Shown in pieces: positions 62,102 through 64,000 of a DNA stretch of 64,000 nucleotides; the stretch's first letter is position 1; each line of letters opens with the position of its first letter. Source of the DNA: Octopus bimaculoides (Eukaryota); NCBI RefSeq assembly GCF_001194135.2, contig NC_068997.1, positions 10,075,788 to 10,139,787 on the forward strand, in the 5' to 3' direction. The notes beneath the pieces were generated by a model, which did no database searches, was not told where the DNA came from, and saw nothing but the letters and a program-made list of their open reading frames with translations. The position numbers were made by a program, and so were the translations under genes.

Positions 62102-62856
62102 CAATGGTTCTCAATCACTTTTTGCCTCGGAACCCCTTTGATTCCTATTTTACTCAGGATGGGGTGTGTGGGGGGGTATCTCATAGCCATTCCATGTCTA
62201 AAAACTCCTATTATGTTTTCTTTTAATATTAACCCCTTCATTATTATATTTATTTTGAGATGTTCTGTGTTTCTTTCAATTAATTTTAAATATAACAAAG
62301 AATTTAGTAAAATAACTTCGTTATCATTAAGTTGGTGTTAGGAACATAAATTGTGCCTAAGGTTTGGTGGAAGATTCTAATTCAAATCTTATGAAAACAA
62401 GACATTTGTACTACAGAGCCAGAACCGGTTTCAGCCAGGTTGGTATCAAAAGGGTTAAGGATTGTTTCTCTATTATATATTTTAACCCTTTTGTTACCAT
62501 ATTTCTGTTGAGATGCTCTGTGTTTCTTTCAATTAATTTTAAATGTAACAAAGAATTTAGTAAAATAACTTAGTTATCATTAAGCTAATGTTAGGAACAT
62601 AAATTGTGACTAAGGTTATTTGGTGGAAGATTTTAATTCAAAACTTATGAAAACAAGACACTTGTACTAGAGCCAGAAGCGGTTCCAGCTGGATTAGTAT
62701 CAAAAGGGTTAAATATTATTAGGAATTGTATGATAAAAAGTGTTTAAATATTGTGTGTATTGTACAAATACAACCAGTTTATTGCAGATAAAGTTTAACA
62801 ACAAAATCTTATGTGAACCCCACAAGGGATATATGAACCCTGGTTGAAAACTACTG
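62102..62856. mobile_element. hAT-like MITE carrying two nested TTAA-flanked MITEs (62233-62454 and 62486-62708)
   Basis: TIRs CAATGGTTCTCAA / TTGAAAACTACTG, TSD ctttacat / ctttacac. Inner elements run TTAA|CCC...GGG|TTAA. Confidence 0.85.
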
Positions 62857-62905
62857 CTTTACACAGTTACTTGACCCAACAAGAGAGGCTTTGCATGATC
62901 AGTGG

Positions 62906-63282
62906 TTGTTGGCACTCCGTCGCTTACGACATCGAGGGTTCCAGTTGATCTGATCAACGGAACAGCCTGCTCGTGAAATTAACGTGCAAGTGGCTGAGCA
63001 CTCCACAGACACCTTATTGTAGTTCTCGGGGATATTCAGCATGACACAGTGTGACAAGGCTGGCCCTTTGAATTACAGGCACAACAGAAACAGGAACTAA
63101 GAGTGAGAGAAAGTTGTGATGGAAGAGTACAGCAGGGTTTGCCACCATCCCCTGCCGGAGCCTCGTGGAGCTTTAGGTGTTTTCGCTCAATAAACACTCA
63201 CAACGCCCGGTCTGGGAATCAAAACCGCGATCCTATGACTGCGAGTCCGCTGCCCAAACCACTGGGCCATTGCGCCTCCACT
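62906..63282 (-). mobile_element. Full-length tRNA-derived SINE (family A) with 11-bp TSD
   Basis: Reverse complement of the 44133 copy. TSD ATGATCAGTGG at 62895-62905 and 63283-63293. Confidence 0.92.
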
Positions 63283-63626
63283 ATGATCAGTGGAGCCAAT
63301 GAGAAAAGCTCACTATAATCATTTCCACCACCAAGACGGGCTCTTCTACGCTGTTACTTAACTCCCAAGTGAGACTAGGCAATCACTTGAGCCAATGAAG
63401 GAAGCTCGAAGGTGTTGTGTCAGCAAACAACAGAGGCAGTATGTGATTGCTTGAGTAGACCCTTAAGCCAACAAAAGAGATTCTATGTGGACAGCTGAAG
63501 TATAATAGGAGAGTCTCTATGCAGTGACTACAGTCAATGAGGAAGGAAGATCTGGCTGGTATTTTTAGAAGGTTATGTGACCACATAGAGGCTTCTTTGA
63601 TATTGGAAACGAATATGGAGACAGTT

Positions 63627-63657
<31 letters not shown>

Positions 63658-64000
63658 CAACGACAATTGTGAATTGGAAAAATGCAGAAATAAAATCTAT
63701 TTCCAATATAATAAACCTCATACACCCATTCGCAGTTGCTACCTTGTTTAATATATGAAATATTGCTGTTGTTGCTGTTGATGGGCCACTGCGACTGCAT
63801 TCAGTTTCCCTCTCACTCTCCAACAGTTTCTTGAGGTCAAACAGACACACTGGCTTTCTTACTTTTTCTTTTCTTTTCTTTCTTTTTTTCTTTTTTTTTT
63901 TTTGTATAACAAAACACTAACTTAATCAGACAGTGGAATTAATGCTCAGAGACCAGATGAAACGGTCAGTAAATAATGCAATGTCCAAAATGTCCAATGC

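Noticed and set aside
63383-63850. 155-aa minus ORF as a possible upstream ATF exon (CLFDLKK resembling GLFNEL)
   Set aside because: The upstream sequence is purine-rich with no acceptor, the TPTPT motif is missing, and the ORF includes a (CAT)n tract.

Overview
Eukaryotic, intron-rich, microsatellite- and transposon-dense DNA with many N gaps. The repeat families suggest an octopod cephalopod draft scaffold such as Octopus bimaculoides (inference, not verified). One protein-coding gene is firmly supported: a minus-strand ATF2/ATF7-family bZIP transcription factor. Six in-phase GT-AG coding exons were reconstructed (60893-60466, 59886-59637, 57763-57540, 56150-56082, 53595-53499, 51151-51034; 1186 nt). 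The 69-nt KRPKR...KFLERNR exon is absent from the ORF track. The N-terminal exons (zinc finger, MAPK sites) were not found and probably lie beyond position 64000; the last exon is unresolved (candidate at 47337-47204). Most of the rest is interspersed repeat: RTE-clade LINE 3' ends with (GAT)n tails, at least three tRNA-derived SINE families, TTAA-flanked (piggyBac-like), hAT-like and Tigger-like MITEs (several nested), and simple repeats. Nearly all other listed ORFs are microsatellite or gap artefacts. The most unusual signals are: (i) an inverted pair of hammerhead-ribozyme-like repeats in an ATF intron, each with a different core mutation; (ii) two Penelope-type minimal hammerhead motifs; (iii) a 72-bp intronic minisatellite built from TGACA palindromes; (iv) a CpG-retaining patch at 40.3-40.6 kb with a BIR-like reading frame and pseudoknot-like complementarity; (v) fold-backs hinged on SINE-internal microsatellites. 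No CRISPR array, rRNA or true tRNA gene is supported.
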